A stretch of DNA of 62,820 nt, the filler included. It is 3 parts of 3 records of this genome, joined end to end, with 100 filler letters (N's around TTAATTAATTAA, not from the genome) between each part and the next. Parts side by side here need not be neighbours in the genome. Positions count along the whole stretch, not along the records: positions 1 to 28,086 come from DRR378314_187; 2 more parts are not named here. One strand, given 5' to 3'. Position 1 is the stretch's first letter. Each line of letters starts with the position of its first letter. Of this stretch, positions 1-9,658 are shown one piece after another. The position numbers and the translations under genes are program-made. The notes below the pieces were generated by a model, which saw only the letters and a program-made list of their open reading frames with translations, did no database searches and was not told where the DNA came from.

Positions 1-900
1 GGCGGCACTGAACGCGTGGGCGGCGAACAGAATCCACATGATCATACCGGTGAGCTTGAAGGTGCGGATCGAGGCGTCGCGCATCAGTTCCCAGGAGAAC
101 TTGCGGTACACCAACGCCGACACCAGCGCGCCGAACACGCCCACGGCGGCCGCTTCGGTGGGCGTGGTGACGCCGGCGATGATCGAGCCCAGGGTCACCA
201 CCACGATGATGATGGGCAGGATCACGGCGCGCAGGGCGAGCATTTTTTCCCGCCAGGAGGCGCGCTCGTCCTTGGGCAGAGCCGGTGCCAGATGCGGCTG
301 GAAGTAGCAGCGCACGATGATGTAGATGCAGGTCAGCACCATCAGCAGAATGCCCGGCAGCACGCCGGCGGCGAACATCTGCCCCACGGACACGCCGGTG
401 ATCAGGGAATAGAGGATCATCAGGATGCTGGGCGGAATCAGAATGCCCCAGCCGCCGCCGGTGTTGATGCAACCGAGCACCATGCGCTTGTCGTAACCGC
501 GCTCGAGCATGGACGGCAGCGCGATGGTGCCCATGGCCACCACGGCGGCGCCGGAGATGCCGCACATGGCGGCGAAGATGGCGCAGATACCCAGGGTGCC
601 GATGGCCAGGCCGCCGCGCAGGCCGCCCCACCACAGGTACATCATGCGGTAGAGGTCCTTGGCCACGCCGGTGCGCTCCAGCACCATGGCCATGAACACG
701 AACAGCGGTATCGCCACCAGGGTGAAGTTGCCCATGGTGCTCCATATCTGCGAAGCGACCATGTAGAAGGCGTCCGGGCCCCAGGTGAAATACAGGAAGA
801 TCACCGAGACGCCGCCCAGCACGAAGGCCAGTGGCAGGCCGAGCACCAGGAAGAACAGCAGCGAGCCGAAGAACAGCAGGGTAATCATTTCGATGCTCAT
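1..900 (-). CDS. dctM: TRAP transporter large permease (DctM), runs off the left edge of the window
   Basis: Read by hand on the minus strand (absent from the ORF track): MSIEMITLLFFGSLLFFLVLGLPLAFVLGG...FTLVAIPLFVFMAMVLERTGVA...GILIPPSILMILYS; ATGA overlap with the dctQ stop. Confidence 0.93.
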   Translation of the reverse strand, partial: MSIEMITLLFFGSLLFFLVLGLPLAFVLGGVSVIFLYFTWGPDAFYMVASQIWSTMGNFTLVAIPLFVFMAMVLERTGVAKDLYRMMYLWWGGLRGGLAIGTLGICAIFAAMCGISGAAVVAMGTIALPSMLERGYDKRMVLGCINTGGGWGILIPPSILMILYSLITGVSVGQMFAAGVLPGILLMVLTCIYIIVRCYFQPHLAPALPKDERASWREKMLALRAVILPIIIVVVTLGSIIAGVTTPTEAAAVGVFGALVSALVYRKFSWELMRDASIRTFKLTGMIMWILFAAHAFSAA

Positions 901-1484
901 CGGTGCTGCTCCTTCACATCGGTTTCGATGTTGTCGGCGACACCCTCACCGTCGTCGAGACCGTCTTTCAATACGTCGGCGTACCGCGGGTTGATGGCCA
1001 CGGCGATGTCACGCAGCAGCTTCACGGTGCCCTGCAACAGCACCAGCGTCACCGCCAGCGGGATAAACGCCTTGACCGGCCATACCGGCGGGTTCCAGGC
1101 GGAATAGGTGGTTTCCTGGCCCTGGAAGGATTCCCAGGCCATGGACGTACCGAAATACAGAAACGCGAGAATAAAAATGTAGAACACCACGGAGGTGAAC
1201 ACATCGATCACCGCCTGAACGCGCGGTGAAAAATGGGAATACAACAGGTCCACGTTGACGTGACCCCGGTGCGCCATCACATAACCGCCCGCCATGATCG
1301 AATAGATGGCGAACAGGAACTGGGCGAACTCGGTGGTCCAGACCGTGGGGGCGTCAAACACGTAACGGCAAATGACCTCGAACAGAAGCAGAGCAGTCAT
1401 GGCGAAGATCAGGTGGGCGATCCAGCGGCCAAGAAAGTCGTTCAGGCGGGTCACCCCGTTTATCAGCGTCTGCAGGAAGGACAT
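897..1484 (-). CDS. dctQ: TRAP transporter small permease (DctQ)
   Basis: 195 aa, 4 hydrophobic segments, HVNVDLLY motif, lies between the binding protein and DctM. Confidence 0.93.
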   Translation of the reverse strand: MSFLQTLINGVTRLNDFLGRWIAHLIFAMTALLLFEVICRYVFDAPTVWTTEFAQFLFAIYSIMAGGYVMAHRGHVNVDLLYSHFSPRVQAVIDVFTSVVFYIFILAFLYFGTSMAWESFQGQETTYSAWNPPVWPVKAFIPLAVTLVLLQGTVKLLRDIAVAINPRYADVLKDGLDDGEGVADNIETDVKEQHR

Positions 1485-1517
1485 GATTCCTCCGCGGGGG
1501 GCTCAATAGTCGGACAA

Positions 1518-1544
1518 TAAAAGGGGGAGCCGCATGGCTCCCCC
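1518..1544 (-). terminator. Intercistronic stem-loop / intrinsic terminator after dctP
   Basis: Perfect 9-bp stem GGGGGAGCC-GCAT-GGCTCCCCC (1523-1544) followed by TTTTA on the minus strand. Confidence 0.7.
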
Positions 1545-1560
1545 GGGGCGCTCTCGGGTG

Positions 1561-2607
1561 TTACAGGTAGCCGAGATCGGACAGGAAGCCTTTCAGCTTC
1601 TCAACCACTTCGGCGGCCTTGTCGCTACGCTTGGCTTCCTCGTCCCACATTTTCTGGGCGGTTTTGGCCAGCTTGTCTTGCACGTCCTGGGGCATGGTGT
1701 TGATCTGCACGTCCTGCTCGGCCATTACCTTGGCCAGCGTGATGCGCTCTTTGTAGAGGTATTCGCTGGTGCGAATCCAGAACTGCTCGTTGAGCGAATC
1801 CTTGACGATCTTGGCCATGCCTTCGGGCAGCTTGTCCAGCGCCTTCTGGCTGACGATGAAGGCGTCGGTACCGGCGATGTTCAGAGCCGGCTGCACGTGG
1901 TACTTGGCCACTTCGTAAAGACCCATGCTGGCGGCACCCTGGGCGGCACCCCAGTGGGCACCGTCGACCACGCCGCTGGACAGCGCCTGGTACAGCTCGC
2001 CACCCGGAATGTAGGTGCCCGCCGCGCCGGCTTCACTGAGGAACTTCTGCAGCGCGCCGGAAGAGCGGATCTTCAGCCCGGTGAAATCATCCCAGCTTTC
2101 GATCGGCTTCTTCACCACCATTTCGGTGGGGTACACCTTGTCGGTGGAGTAGTAGACGTTGTGCTTGGCCGCTTCCTCGCGAAGCATGTCCTCGAAGCCC
2201 ATGTTCTTGTGGAAGTAAGCCGCTTCCCAGACGTTGCGGAACGCGAACGGCAGGCCCGAGGCGATACCGGCCAGGCTCATCTTGTCCTGGGCATACGCCG
2301 GGGAGATGGTGCCCATCTGAATCACGCCACGGCTGACCGCGTTGAAGGTCTCCTGGGCCTTGAACAGAGCGCCGGCTTCGTAAAGCTCGAGCTCCAGTTT
2401 GCCGTCGGTACGCTCTTCCAGCACCCGCTTGATACGCTTGAGGCTGTCCTCGTAGGAGCTGCTGGAACCGGGCCAGTGCGACTGCACTTTCCAGGTGATG
2501 GTGTCCTCCGCGGCCTGGGCCAGGGGAGAGAAGACCGTGGCTGTCGCGAAAGCCAGAGCCGAACCGCCGATCATCAATTGCTTGCGGAATACGCTGAGCA
2601 GAGTCAT
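1561..2607 (-). CDS. dctP: TRAP transporter substrate-binding protein (DctP family)
   Basis: Signal peptide, TWKVQSHWP, GLKIRS, GELYQALSSGVVDG motifs; RBS AGGAG. Confidence 0.93.
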   Translation of the reverse strand: MTLLSVFRKQLMIGGSALAFATATVFSPLAQAAEDTITWKVQSHWPGSSSSYEDSLKRIKRVLEERTDGKLELELYEAGALFKAQETFNAVSRGVIQMGTISPAYAQDKMSLAGIASGLPFAFRNVWEAAYFHKNMGFEDMLREEAAKHNVYYSTDKVYPTEMVVKKPIESWDDFTGLKIRSSGALQKFLSEAGAAGTYIPGGELYQALSSGVVDGAHWGAAQGAASMGLYEVAKYHVQPALNIAGTDAFIVSQKALDKLPEGMAKIVKDSLNEQFWIRTSEYLYKERITLAKVMAEQDVQINTMPQDVQDKLAKTAQKMWDEEAKRSDKAAEVVEKLKGFLSDLGYL

Positions 2608-2657
2608 GGAAAACTCCTGTTGTTGTTGTGCTGCTTATCTCACAAATTCCGCATGGT

Positions 2658-2677
2658 TATTTCGCATAGCGAAACAG
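2658..2677. promoter_or_regulatory. Palindromic operator TTTCGC-ATA-GCGAAA upstream of dctP (IclR-family-like)
   Basis: Perfect inverted repeat at 2660-2674; 19/20 identical copy at 13999-14018. Confidence 0.7.
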
Positions 2678-2773
2678 TGAGGGCGTAAAATGAAACCAGG
2701 ATCTGAAATGTAGCACAGCTTTCCGCCGCACCACACCCTCAATTTGTCGCAAGGTATATTCAGTGTCACCCCT

Positions 2774-4240
2774 TCACGCCGGCGCCGCCAGCGGTGCCTG
2801 CGGCAGGGGCTCGACCAGGCTCTCCAAGGCAGCGGCGAACGCCAGCACCGTGCGGTCCTCCAGATAGGGCCCGATCACCTGCACCGCCAGGGGCCGGCCA
2901 TCCTCGGTGAGACCGATGGGCACCGTGGCGGCGGGCAGATAGACGGCACCCGCCAGCCCCACCCACACCAGAATATCCATGTACGGCTGCGCCACCCCGT
3001 TCACGGTGAGGGTGCGCTGGTCCGGCCCCGGCGTGTGGCGATGGCTGAACGGCAGGGTCTGGACCACCGGGCAGAGCATCACGTCGAAGTCCTGGAAGAA
3101 GCGCGCCCAGGCGGCGCGCATCACGCTGCGCTGCTCATGGCTGCGCTGCCAGTCGGCGTGGGACTGGGTGGCGCCCCTGGCGAACAGGGTGCGGTAGCTG
3201 TGGTCGTCCGCCGGCGCCTGGCCGGCGGCCTCGCTCAGCTGGTCGTAGAGACCGCCGGGCAACCCTTCGCCCATGGTGCCGGTGAGCAGCCGGTAGTAGA
3301 TATCGTGGGCCTCGCCCAGGGTCACGCCGTCGGGACGGGCGCCGGCGTCCACCGAGGTGCCCAGCTCCGCCAGTCGGGCGCTGAGACCTTCGAGGGCGTC
3401 GACGATGGGCCGGTCCACCGGGCAGCGCGGGTCGTCCAGCCAGGTGGCGACGCGGAAGTCCTTCAGCTCCCGGTGGCGGGCCGGCGGCAGCTCCAGGCGC
3501 CAGGCGGTGGCCTCCTCTTCGTCCGGGGCGGCGAGAATAGTGAGCGCTTGCTCCAGATCCGCTACATGACGGGCCAGCGGGCCGGCCACGGACAGATCAC
3601 GGCGCGCCAGGGCGCCGGGCGGGCCCGGCACATGGCCGCGGGTGGAGATCAGGCCGAAGCTCGGCTTCAGGCCACAGACACCACAAAACGCCGCCGGGGT
3701 GCGGATCGAGCCGCCGATGTCGCTGCCCAGTTCCAGCGGCGTGAAGCCGGCGGCCAGCGCCGCCGCCGCGCCACCGGAGGAACCGCCCGGCGTCAGGTCC
3801 GGGTTCCAGGGGTTGCGGGTGGTGCCGTGGATGTCGTTGTAGGTCTGCAGGTCCGAGGCGTAGGCGGGCACATTGGTCTTGCCGAAAATCACCGCGCCGG
3901 CGTCCAGCAGCCGCTGCACTGCCACGCTGGTGCGCTCCGAGACATGCCCGCGCAGCGCCTCGATGCCGGCGGTGGTGGGCCAGCCGGCGATTTCGTAGGT
4001 CTCCTTGACGGTCATCGGCACGCCGTGCAGCGCGCCCCAGTCCTCGCCCCGGGCCAGGGCGCGGTCCGCCTCGCGGGCGCGCTCGCGGGCCTGCTCGAAG
4101 CGGCGCACCACCACCGCGTTCAGGGCGCCGTCAAGGCGCTCGATACGGTCTATAAAATGCTCCAGGGCGGCCTCGGCGGTGACCTCCCCGTCCTTGATGC
4201 GCCGGGCCAGAGCCGAGGCGCCGATACGGTGTAATTCCAT
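2774..4240 (-). CDS. Amidase (amidase signature family)
   Basis: HGVPMTVKE, GKTN, TPGGSSGG, GSDIGGSIRTPA (Ser-cisSer-Lys triad motifs). Confidence 0.93.
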   Translation of the reverse strand: MELHRIGASALARRIKDGEVTAEAALEHFIDRIERLDGALNAVVVRRFEQARERAREADRALARGEDWGALHGVPMTVKETYEIAGWPTTAGIEALRGHVSERTSVAVQRLLDAGAVIFGKTNVPAYASDLQTYNDIHGTTRNPWNPDLTPGGSSGGAAAALAAGFTPLELGSDIGGSIRTPAAFCGVCGLKPSFGLISTRGHVPGPPGALARRDLSVAGPLARHVADLEQALTILAAPDEEEATAWRLELPPARHRELKDFRVATWLDDPRCPVDRPIVDALEGLSARLAELGTSVDAGARPDGVTLGEAHDIYYRLLTGTMGEGLPGGLYDQLSEAAGQAPADDHSYRTLFARGATQSHADWQRSHEQRSVMRAAWARFFQDFDVMLCPVVQTLPFSHRHTPGPDQRTLTVNGVAQPYMDILVWVGLAGAVYLPAATVPIGLTEDGRPLAVQVIGPYLEDRTVLAFAAALESLVEPLPQAPLAAPA

Positions 4241-4430
4241 GTGCTCTCCCTTTGGGTACGCAGCGCACCGCTATCATTATTTTGGAATGTGATTTCGTTT
4301 TTAGCAGAGTCGGCGAAGGGCGGCAATCGCTGGCGAAGCCCTCCAGCACCGTGACAGAATCCGCTTCCAATCGTGCACCCGCAATCGGCGGAGCACCATG
4401 CTTCCCGTCACAGCCGGCAAGGAGATCCCT

Positions 4431-4853
4431 ATGAAATACCTGCACACCATGGTGCGCGTCAGCGATCTGGACGCGTCGTTGCGCTTTTATTGCGAAGGGC
4501 TGGGGTTGCAAGAGAACCGCCGCAAGGAGGTGCCCGGCGGGCGTTTCACGCTGGTGTTCCTGGCCGCCCCGGAGACCCCGGACGCGGAGCTGGAACTGAC
4601 CTGGAACTGGGACCCGGAGGGGGACATGGGCTCGGCGCGTAACTTCGGCCATCTGGCGTTCCGCGTCGACGACATCTACGCCCTGTGCGAACACCTGCAA
4701 GGCATGGGCTACACCATCAACCGGCCGCCCCGGGACGGCCACATGGCGTTCGTGCGCTCGCCGGATCTGATCTCCGTGGAGCTGCTGCAGAAAGGCGACG
4801 CCCTGCCCCCGCGGGAACCCTGGGCGTCGATGGAAAACACCGGCACCTGGTAG
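4431..4853 (+). CDS. gloA: Lactoylglutathione lyase (glyoxalase I, VOC family)
   Basis: MKYLHTMVRV, LELTWNW, NFGHLAF, PPRDGHMAFVRSPD; AAGGAG RBS before ATG 4431. Confidence 0.88.
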   Translation: MKYLHTMVRVSDLDASLRFYCEGLGLQENRRKEVPGGRFTLVFLAAPETPDAELELTWNWDPEGDMGSARNFGHLAFRVDDIYALCEHLQGMGYTINRPPRDGHMAFVRSPDLISVELLQKGDALPPREPWASMENTGTW

Positions 4854-4866
4854 CCGGCGCCGCCGG

Positions 4867-6174
4867 TTACTGCGGTGTCGCCTCGCCGACCACCCAGGCG
4901 GCCATTTTTTCCACGGCGGTGACACAGCGGCCGCAACGGCGACGCAGAAAGGCGTCGTCCAGGGGGCGATCGCGGGCTTCCCGCGCGGCGGCGGCCAGCG
5001 CCTGCTCGCCGTCGAAGTCGACGAACGCCAGCCGCAGGGTCAGCTCCTCCGCCGGCCGCCCGAAGGCTTCGCCGGGCAGCGTCGCCACGCCGGTCTCTTC
5101 CAGCAGCCGCTCGCACAGCGTGCCGCTGTCGCGGATGCCACGGCCGGCCAGCCGCGCCGCCAGCGGCGAGAAGTCGGGAAACAGATAAAACGCGCCGTCG
5201 GGCATCTCCAGCTCCACCCCGGCGTCACGCAGGGCGGCCACATGATGCCCGGCGAGCGCCGCCAGAATGCGGCGCGACTGGAACAGGTAGTCCTCCAGCT
5301 CGGTGCCGCCCTGGAAGGCGGTGATCGCCGCGTGCTGAATCGGCGCCGCCACCGAGGTGTAGGTTTCGCTGGCCACCGTGGCCATGGCCTGGCGCAACCA
5401 GTGCAGGTTGTCCGGAAAGGCGAAGGTGCCCAGCCGCCAGCCACCGGCGCCGCACCATTTGCTCAGCCCGCTGCTGACGATGGTGCCCTCCGGGTAGTAG
5501 CGGGAGATGGACTGGTGCGCGCCGTTATAGTCCAGCTCGCCGTAGATCTCGTCGCTGAGCAGAATCAGACGGTGGCGCCGGGCCACCTCGGCCAGCGCCC
5601 GCAGCTCCTGTTCGTCGAAGCCGTAGCCGTGGGGGTTGGCCGGCGAATTGAGGATCACCAGACGCGGCCGGCCCGGGTCGCGGGCGCACAGGGCATCCAG
5701 GGCCTCGGCGGTGGGCTTCCAGCGGTTGGCGCGGGTGGTCGGCAGCCAGTGCACCTGGCGCCCGATGATGCGCGCCTGCGGCGCGTAGGACACCCAGCTG
5801 GGCGTGGGAATCACCAGGTCGCCGTAATAGACCAGCTGCAGGATGAACATCAGCTCCTTGGAACCGGGGCCGATCATGATGTTGTCCGGGGAAAACGATA
5901 CGCCCTGCCAGCGCTGCCAGTAGCCGGCCACGGCCCGGCGCAGGGCCGGCAGCCCCAGCACCGGCAGGTAGTCCTTGGCGGCGGCGTGCTCGCGCAGGGC
6001 ACCGACCACGGAGGGCGGCACCGGAAACGGCGACTGCCCCAGGCCCAGCTTGAACACCGGACGCCCCTGGGCGAGCAGTTCGTTACTGAGTTCGTTGATG
6101 GCGAGGGTGGCGGACACCCCCAGGCCACGGACATTGAGGTTGAGGTTAACGCTGGGGTGGAACTCCGCGGTCAT
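4867..6174 (-). CDS. PLP-dependent aminotransferase class I/II (aspartate aminotransferase-like)
   Basis: LNSPANP, SDEIY, SGLSKWCGAGGWRLG (PLP lysine), GAFYLF; start set at MTAEFH. Confidence 0.9.
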   Translation of the reverse strand: MTAEFHPSVNLNLNVRGLGVSATLAINELSNELLAQGRPVFKLGLGQSPFPVPPSVVGALREHAAAKDYLPVLGLPALRRAVAGYWQRWQGVSFSPDNIMIGPGSKELMFILQLVYYGDLVIPTPSWVSYAPQARIIGRQVHWLPTTRANRWKPTAEALDALCARDPGRPRLVILNSPANPHGYGFDEQELRALAEVARRHRLILLSDEIYGELDYNGAHQSISRYYPEGTIVSSGLSKWCGAGGWRLGTFAFPDNLHWLRQAMATVASETYTSVAAPIQHAAITAFQGGTELEDYLFQSRRILAALAGHHVAALRDAGVELEMPDGAFYLFPDFSPLAARLAGRGIRDSGTLCERLLEETGVATLPGEAFGRPAEELTLRLAFVDFDGEQALAAAAREARDRPLDDAFLRRRCGRCVTAVEKMAAWVVGEATPQ

Positions 6175-6242
6175 CGTCGGGGCCTTCTGGCTGAAGAAAC
6201 ACAAACCCCGACGATACCGCCTTTAGGCGCGGATGAAACCGC

Positions 6243-7472
6243 TTAGATATAGAAATCCAGATCTTCCTGGTGCTTGAGCAGATCGCGAAGCTGGTAGGGG
6301 TCGTCGCCGTGGAAATACACCAGGCCCCAGTGGGTGCCGAAGGCGGTGCGTTTGGTGACGGTTTCTTCCAGCGGCGCGGTGAGCTCGTGGAAATCGAAGT
6401 ACGGGTGCTCCAGGGTTTCTTGCGGAATTTCCAGCTGGCTGACCACGCGGCGGCGCGGGTACACGCCGAAACAACCGGCGTGCCCCTTGGCGTCGACCAC
6501 TTCCTTGGGGAAGAAATCGACAATTTCCTGCTCGGTGGTTTTCGGGTCGAACACCAGCACCATGGCCTGGTAGGCGTTGAAGCCGTAAACCTTTTCCAGC
6601 AGCTCGAACACCTTGAAGCCCGGCGGGCGATAGGCCACTTCGCCGAAGTACATGGTGCCGTCGCTGGTGACGAAGTATTCCGGGTGGATAAAGCCGGATT
6701 TCAGATCGAAGGTTTTGATCAGCTTTTCGATTTCCTGTTCGATGCGCGGGCGCCAGCTTTCCAGGTCCGGGGTGGCGGGCACGAACACGGAATAACCCAG
6801 CGTCACGTACTCGGAAATATTCAGGAAGCGGATCTTGCCGTCGTGGATCCAGGCTTCCACGGCGAATTCCCAGCCGTCCAGGTGGCTTTCCATCAACACC
6901 GGGAATTCTTCGTCCGGGATGGTATCCACTTCGTCCGGCGTGCGGATCACGCGGTGGCCGAGACAGCCGGCCTTGTCGAACGCTTTCAGGTGAATCGGGT
7001 CGTTCGGGTCGCCGTCCAGCTTGAGCAGCGTCTGATTCACCCGCTTGAGAAAGCGGATCACGTCTTCACGGTCGTGGGCCTCTTCGAAAATGCCCACGCG
7101 AATGCCACCCAGTTGCGCGCGCCGTTTCATCAAGGCTTTGTCGCGGAACAAGACCGACTGGCCGTACAGCCGCGGGTTGTCCATCAGCACCGAGTTGATC
7201 GCCCCGGACCATTCCACCGTCTCCTCGAACAACGGGATCGCCACGTCGACGCCTTCCGCCTGAAGCTTTTCAGCGATTTCCATGGAGCGGTCGTTGAGCC
7301 GTTCGAAATCCCAGCTCATGAAGGGAATGTCGTGCTCTTCGGCGAACGCGCGGGCCCAGTCCGGCGCCACCACCACAAACCGGCGGTCGAACTTTTCCAG
7401 TGCTTCGATGGCGTTCAGGCTCCAGCCCAGCAGGGCCACGTAACCTTTTTGCGGATCTTTCTTGGCCGTCAT
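6243..7472 (-). CDS. ATP-grasp carboxylate-amine ligase (L-amino-acid-ligase-like)
   Basis: DKALMKRR, LMESHLDGWEFAVE, FIHPEYF, YFGEVAYRPPG motifs; AAGGAG RBS supports the MTAKKD start. Confidence 0.85.
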   Translation of the reverse strand: MTAKKDPQKGYVALLGWSLNAIEALEKFDRRFVVVAPDWARAFAEEHDIPFMSWDFERLNDRSMEIAEKLQAEGVDVAIPLFEETVEWSGAINSVLMDNPRLYGQSVLFRDKALMKRRAQLGGIRVGIFEEAHDREDVIRFLKRVNQTLLKLDGDPNDPIHLKAFDKAGCLGHRVIRTPDEVDTIPDEEFPVLMESHLDGWEFAVEAWIHDGKIRFLNISEYVTLGYSVFVPATPDLESWRPRIEQEIEKLIKTFDLKSGFIHPEYFVTSDGTMYFGEVAYRPPGFKVFELLEKVYGFNAYQAMVLVFDPKTTEQEIVDFFPKEVVDAKGHAGCFGVYPRRRVVSQLEIPQETLEHPYFDFHELTAPLEETVTKRTAFGTHWGLVYFHGDDPYQLRDLLKHQEDLDFYI

Positions 7473-7684
7473 GATCATCTCCTTGTTTCGGGCCGACCGT
7501 AGAGAGGGGGCGCGGCATGCCACCGCGGGGTTCGGCGTGGCGTCCTTGCACACCGGGTCGCTGACCCTTTTTACAGGGTAGCAGAACGCAGCGCTTGCCG
7601 CGTCAAGGGTTCCGGGTTCATCTTGGGGTATAGTGTCACGCGGGCCGCCCTACCGGCGGCAAACGAGCCCGACCCGGGGATATC

Positions 7685-9658
7685 ATGAGCACCAGCGATA
7701 CGCAGCACGACGACGCCACACCGGACCTGGCGGGACGCTTCGACCAGGCCCTGGAACAGGTGAGCCAGGCCAGCCGTTTCGCCAAGGCACTGCACACCGG
7801 CAAGGTCCTGCAACTGGCCGGCCGCCTGTTGTGCCAGCCCGAGGGCGCCGAGCAGCTGTATCAGCGCGCCACGGCGATTGAACACTCGGGCCTGTTTTCC
7901 GGCACCGACTGGGCCAACCCAGAGATTCTGCAGGCAGACATCACCGTTCAGACCCTGCGGCTGGGTGCGCCGGACGACATCACCCTGGAAGCCCTCAGTG
8001 AATTGCGCCTGCTGGCGGTGGCCCAGGGCGAGCTGCCCCACGACGCGCTGTCCGCGGAACAGGCGCACCACTACCTGGCCCAGGTGCTGGCGCTGAACCT
8101 GGATCTGCTGTTCGAAACCGGCGGCGAAGCGATCCGCGTGCGCCAGGGCCGCATGGCGGTGGCGGTACGCGGCGTGCTGCAGTTGCTGGTGTCGCGCATC
8201 GGCTACGACAACATCATCGACCGGCTGATCGAGGAGATCTGGCGGATTCTGGCCCAGCGGCCGGTACGGGTGGACCACCTCAAGGCGATGATCACGCAGA
8301 TCGCCGCCTGCCTGTACAACCCGGCGATCACGGTGTCCAACAGCCGCGGCGCGGACCGTTTGGTGAGTGCCCTGTTCGGGCCCACCCAGGCCTCCGTGGA
8401 GGACCCGGGTCTGGAGGTGTACGCCGAGCGGTTGGCGGGCATGGACAGCCAGGCCCTGCAGCAGGAGGCCAACGGCTTCGCCCGCGCGATGCACGACACC
8501 GGCCTGGTGTCGGCGTACCAGCCGGTGTTCCTGCGCTTCGCCGTGTCCCAATCCACCGACCTGGTGAGCGCCGCCCTGGGCCTGAGCGCCACCGGCCGCG
8601 ACGCCCTGCTCTGCTACCAGGATCTGGTCTACGCGCTGATCGACGCCTCGGTGTTTCCGGAAACCGCCCAGGCCGCCTACGGGCTGGCGCTGATGCTGGA
8701 GCGCGGCGTGCTGTTCGCGCCGCCGGTGGCGCCGGCGCTGTGGCGGCAGCTGGGCCAGACCCTGAGCGCCAATGCCGACGCCGCCATCGTCCAGGCACTG
8801 AGCGACATCCGGCCGGCCAAGGTGCAGCTGATCGCCGGCGTGCTCGGCGTGCTCGGTCTGCCGCTGGGCGTCGGCCAGGGCAACAACCCCACCTGCCAGT
8901 CGGCGCGGGCGATTTCCATGTGGGCCTACAACGATCCGGACTACCTGCTGCAGATGATCGTCTGGGCCACCCGCGACGACGACCTGGTGATGCACTTCGA
9001 GGGCCAGCGTCTGTCCTCCAAGGAGCTGGCGCTGACCACGCCCGCGATCGCACCGCTGGACGTGGACGCGGTGTCGGCGGTGCTGGTGCCCCACCTGGAC
9101 CGCATCTATCACGCCATGGGCGCGCTGTGCGCGGACCGTGGCGACGACCCGCACCGCTGGATCAATCCGGAATTCCACGGCTGGTGGGTGGGCCGCGGGT
9201 TCAAGCTGGCGGTGGACCTGCCCACCGGCAAGCTGAGCCACTACGACGATTTCGTGCGTTACTTCTACGCCTGCTACCACCCGCTGCACAACGGCAACCA
9301 GCCGTTGATCTATCCGCAGCCGGTGGGCCTGGCGGTGACCGACAGCGCCGCCCGTTTCGTCGGCTGGCACGCCATCACCATCCAGCGGGTGACGCTGGAT
9401 CAGGACGAAGTGATGCGGGTGTATTTCTACAACCCCAACAACGATTCCGGGCAGGACCTGGGCAATGGGGTGAAGGTGTCCACCGAAGGACGCGGCGAGC
9501 GCTTCGGCGAATCGTCCCTGCCGGTGGCGGAGTTCGTGTCACGCCTGTACATCTTCCACTACGATCCGCTTGAGCACATCGACCCCGCCGGCGTGCCGGC
9601 GGAGGACGTGGCGGAAGTGGAAGCGCTGGCGCGGGGCAGCTGGGCGCTGGAGCGCTAG
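7685..9658 (+). CDS. Uncharacterised 657-aa protein with a helical N-terminus and a putative papain-fold Cys-His-Asn C-terminal domain
   Basis: Long ORF with host-like codon usage; [10 protein letters not shown] (Q398/C404), GWHAITI (H562), YFYNPNN (N583). The CDS is secure; the function is inferred. Confidence 0.75.
   Translation: MSTSDTQHDDATPDLAGRFDQALEQVSQASRFAKALHTGKVLQLAGRLLCQPEGAEQLYQRATAIEHSGLFSGTDWANPEILQADITVQTLRLGAPDDITLEALSELRLLAVAQGELPHDALSAEQAHHYLAQVLALNLDLLFETGGEAIRVRQGRMAVAVRGVLQLLVSRIGYDNIIDRLIEEIWRILAQRPVRVDHLKAMITQIAACLYNPAITVSNSRGADRLVSALFGPTQASVEDPGLEVYAERLAGMDSQALQQEANGFARAMHDTGLVSAYQPVFLRFAVSQSTDLVSAALGLSATGRDALLCYQDLVYALIDASVFPETAQAAYGLALMLERGVLFAPPVAPALWRQLGQTLSANADAAIVQALSDIRPAKVQLIAGVLGVLGLPLGVGQGNNPTCQSARAISMWAYNDPDYLLQMIVWATRDDDLVMHFEGQRLSSKELALTTPAIAPLDVDAVSAVLVPHLDRIYHAMGALCADRGDDPHRWINPEFHGWWVGRGFKLAVDLPTGKLSHYDDFVRYFYACYHPLHNGNQPLIYPQPVGLAVTDSAARFVGWHAITIQRVTLDQDEVMRVYFYNPNNDSGQDLGNGVKVSTEGRGERFGESSLPVAEFVSRLYIFHYDPLEHIDPAGVPAEDVAEVEALARGSWALER

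Noticed and set aside
16-1107. 363-aa plus-strand His/Gln-rich ORF
   Set aside because: Antisense shadow of dctM/dctQ; the real gene is on the minus strand and lacks a stop inside the window
7571-9370. Long antisense ORFs (e.g. 7571-9370, 24771-26771, 58141-60408, 28376-29719)
   Set aside because: Expected shadows of GC-rich coding sequence; no motifs, and they lie opposite well-supported genes
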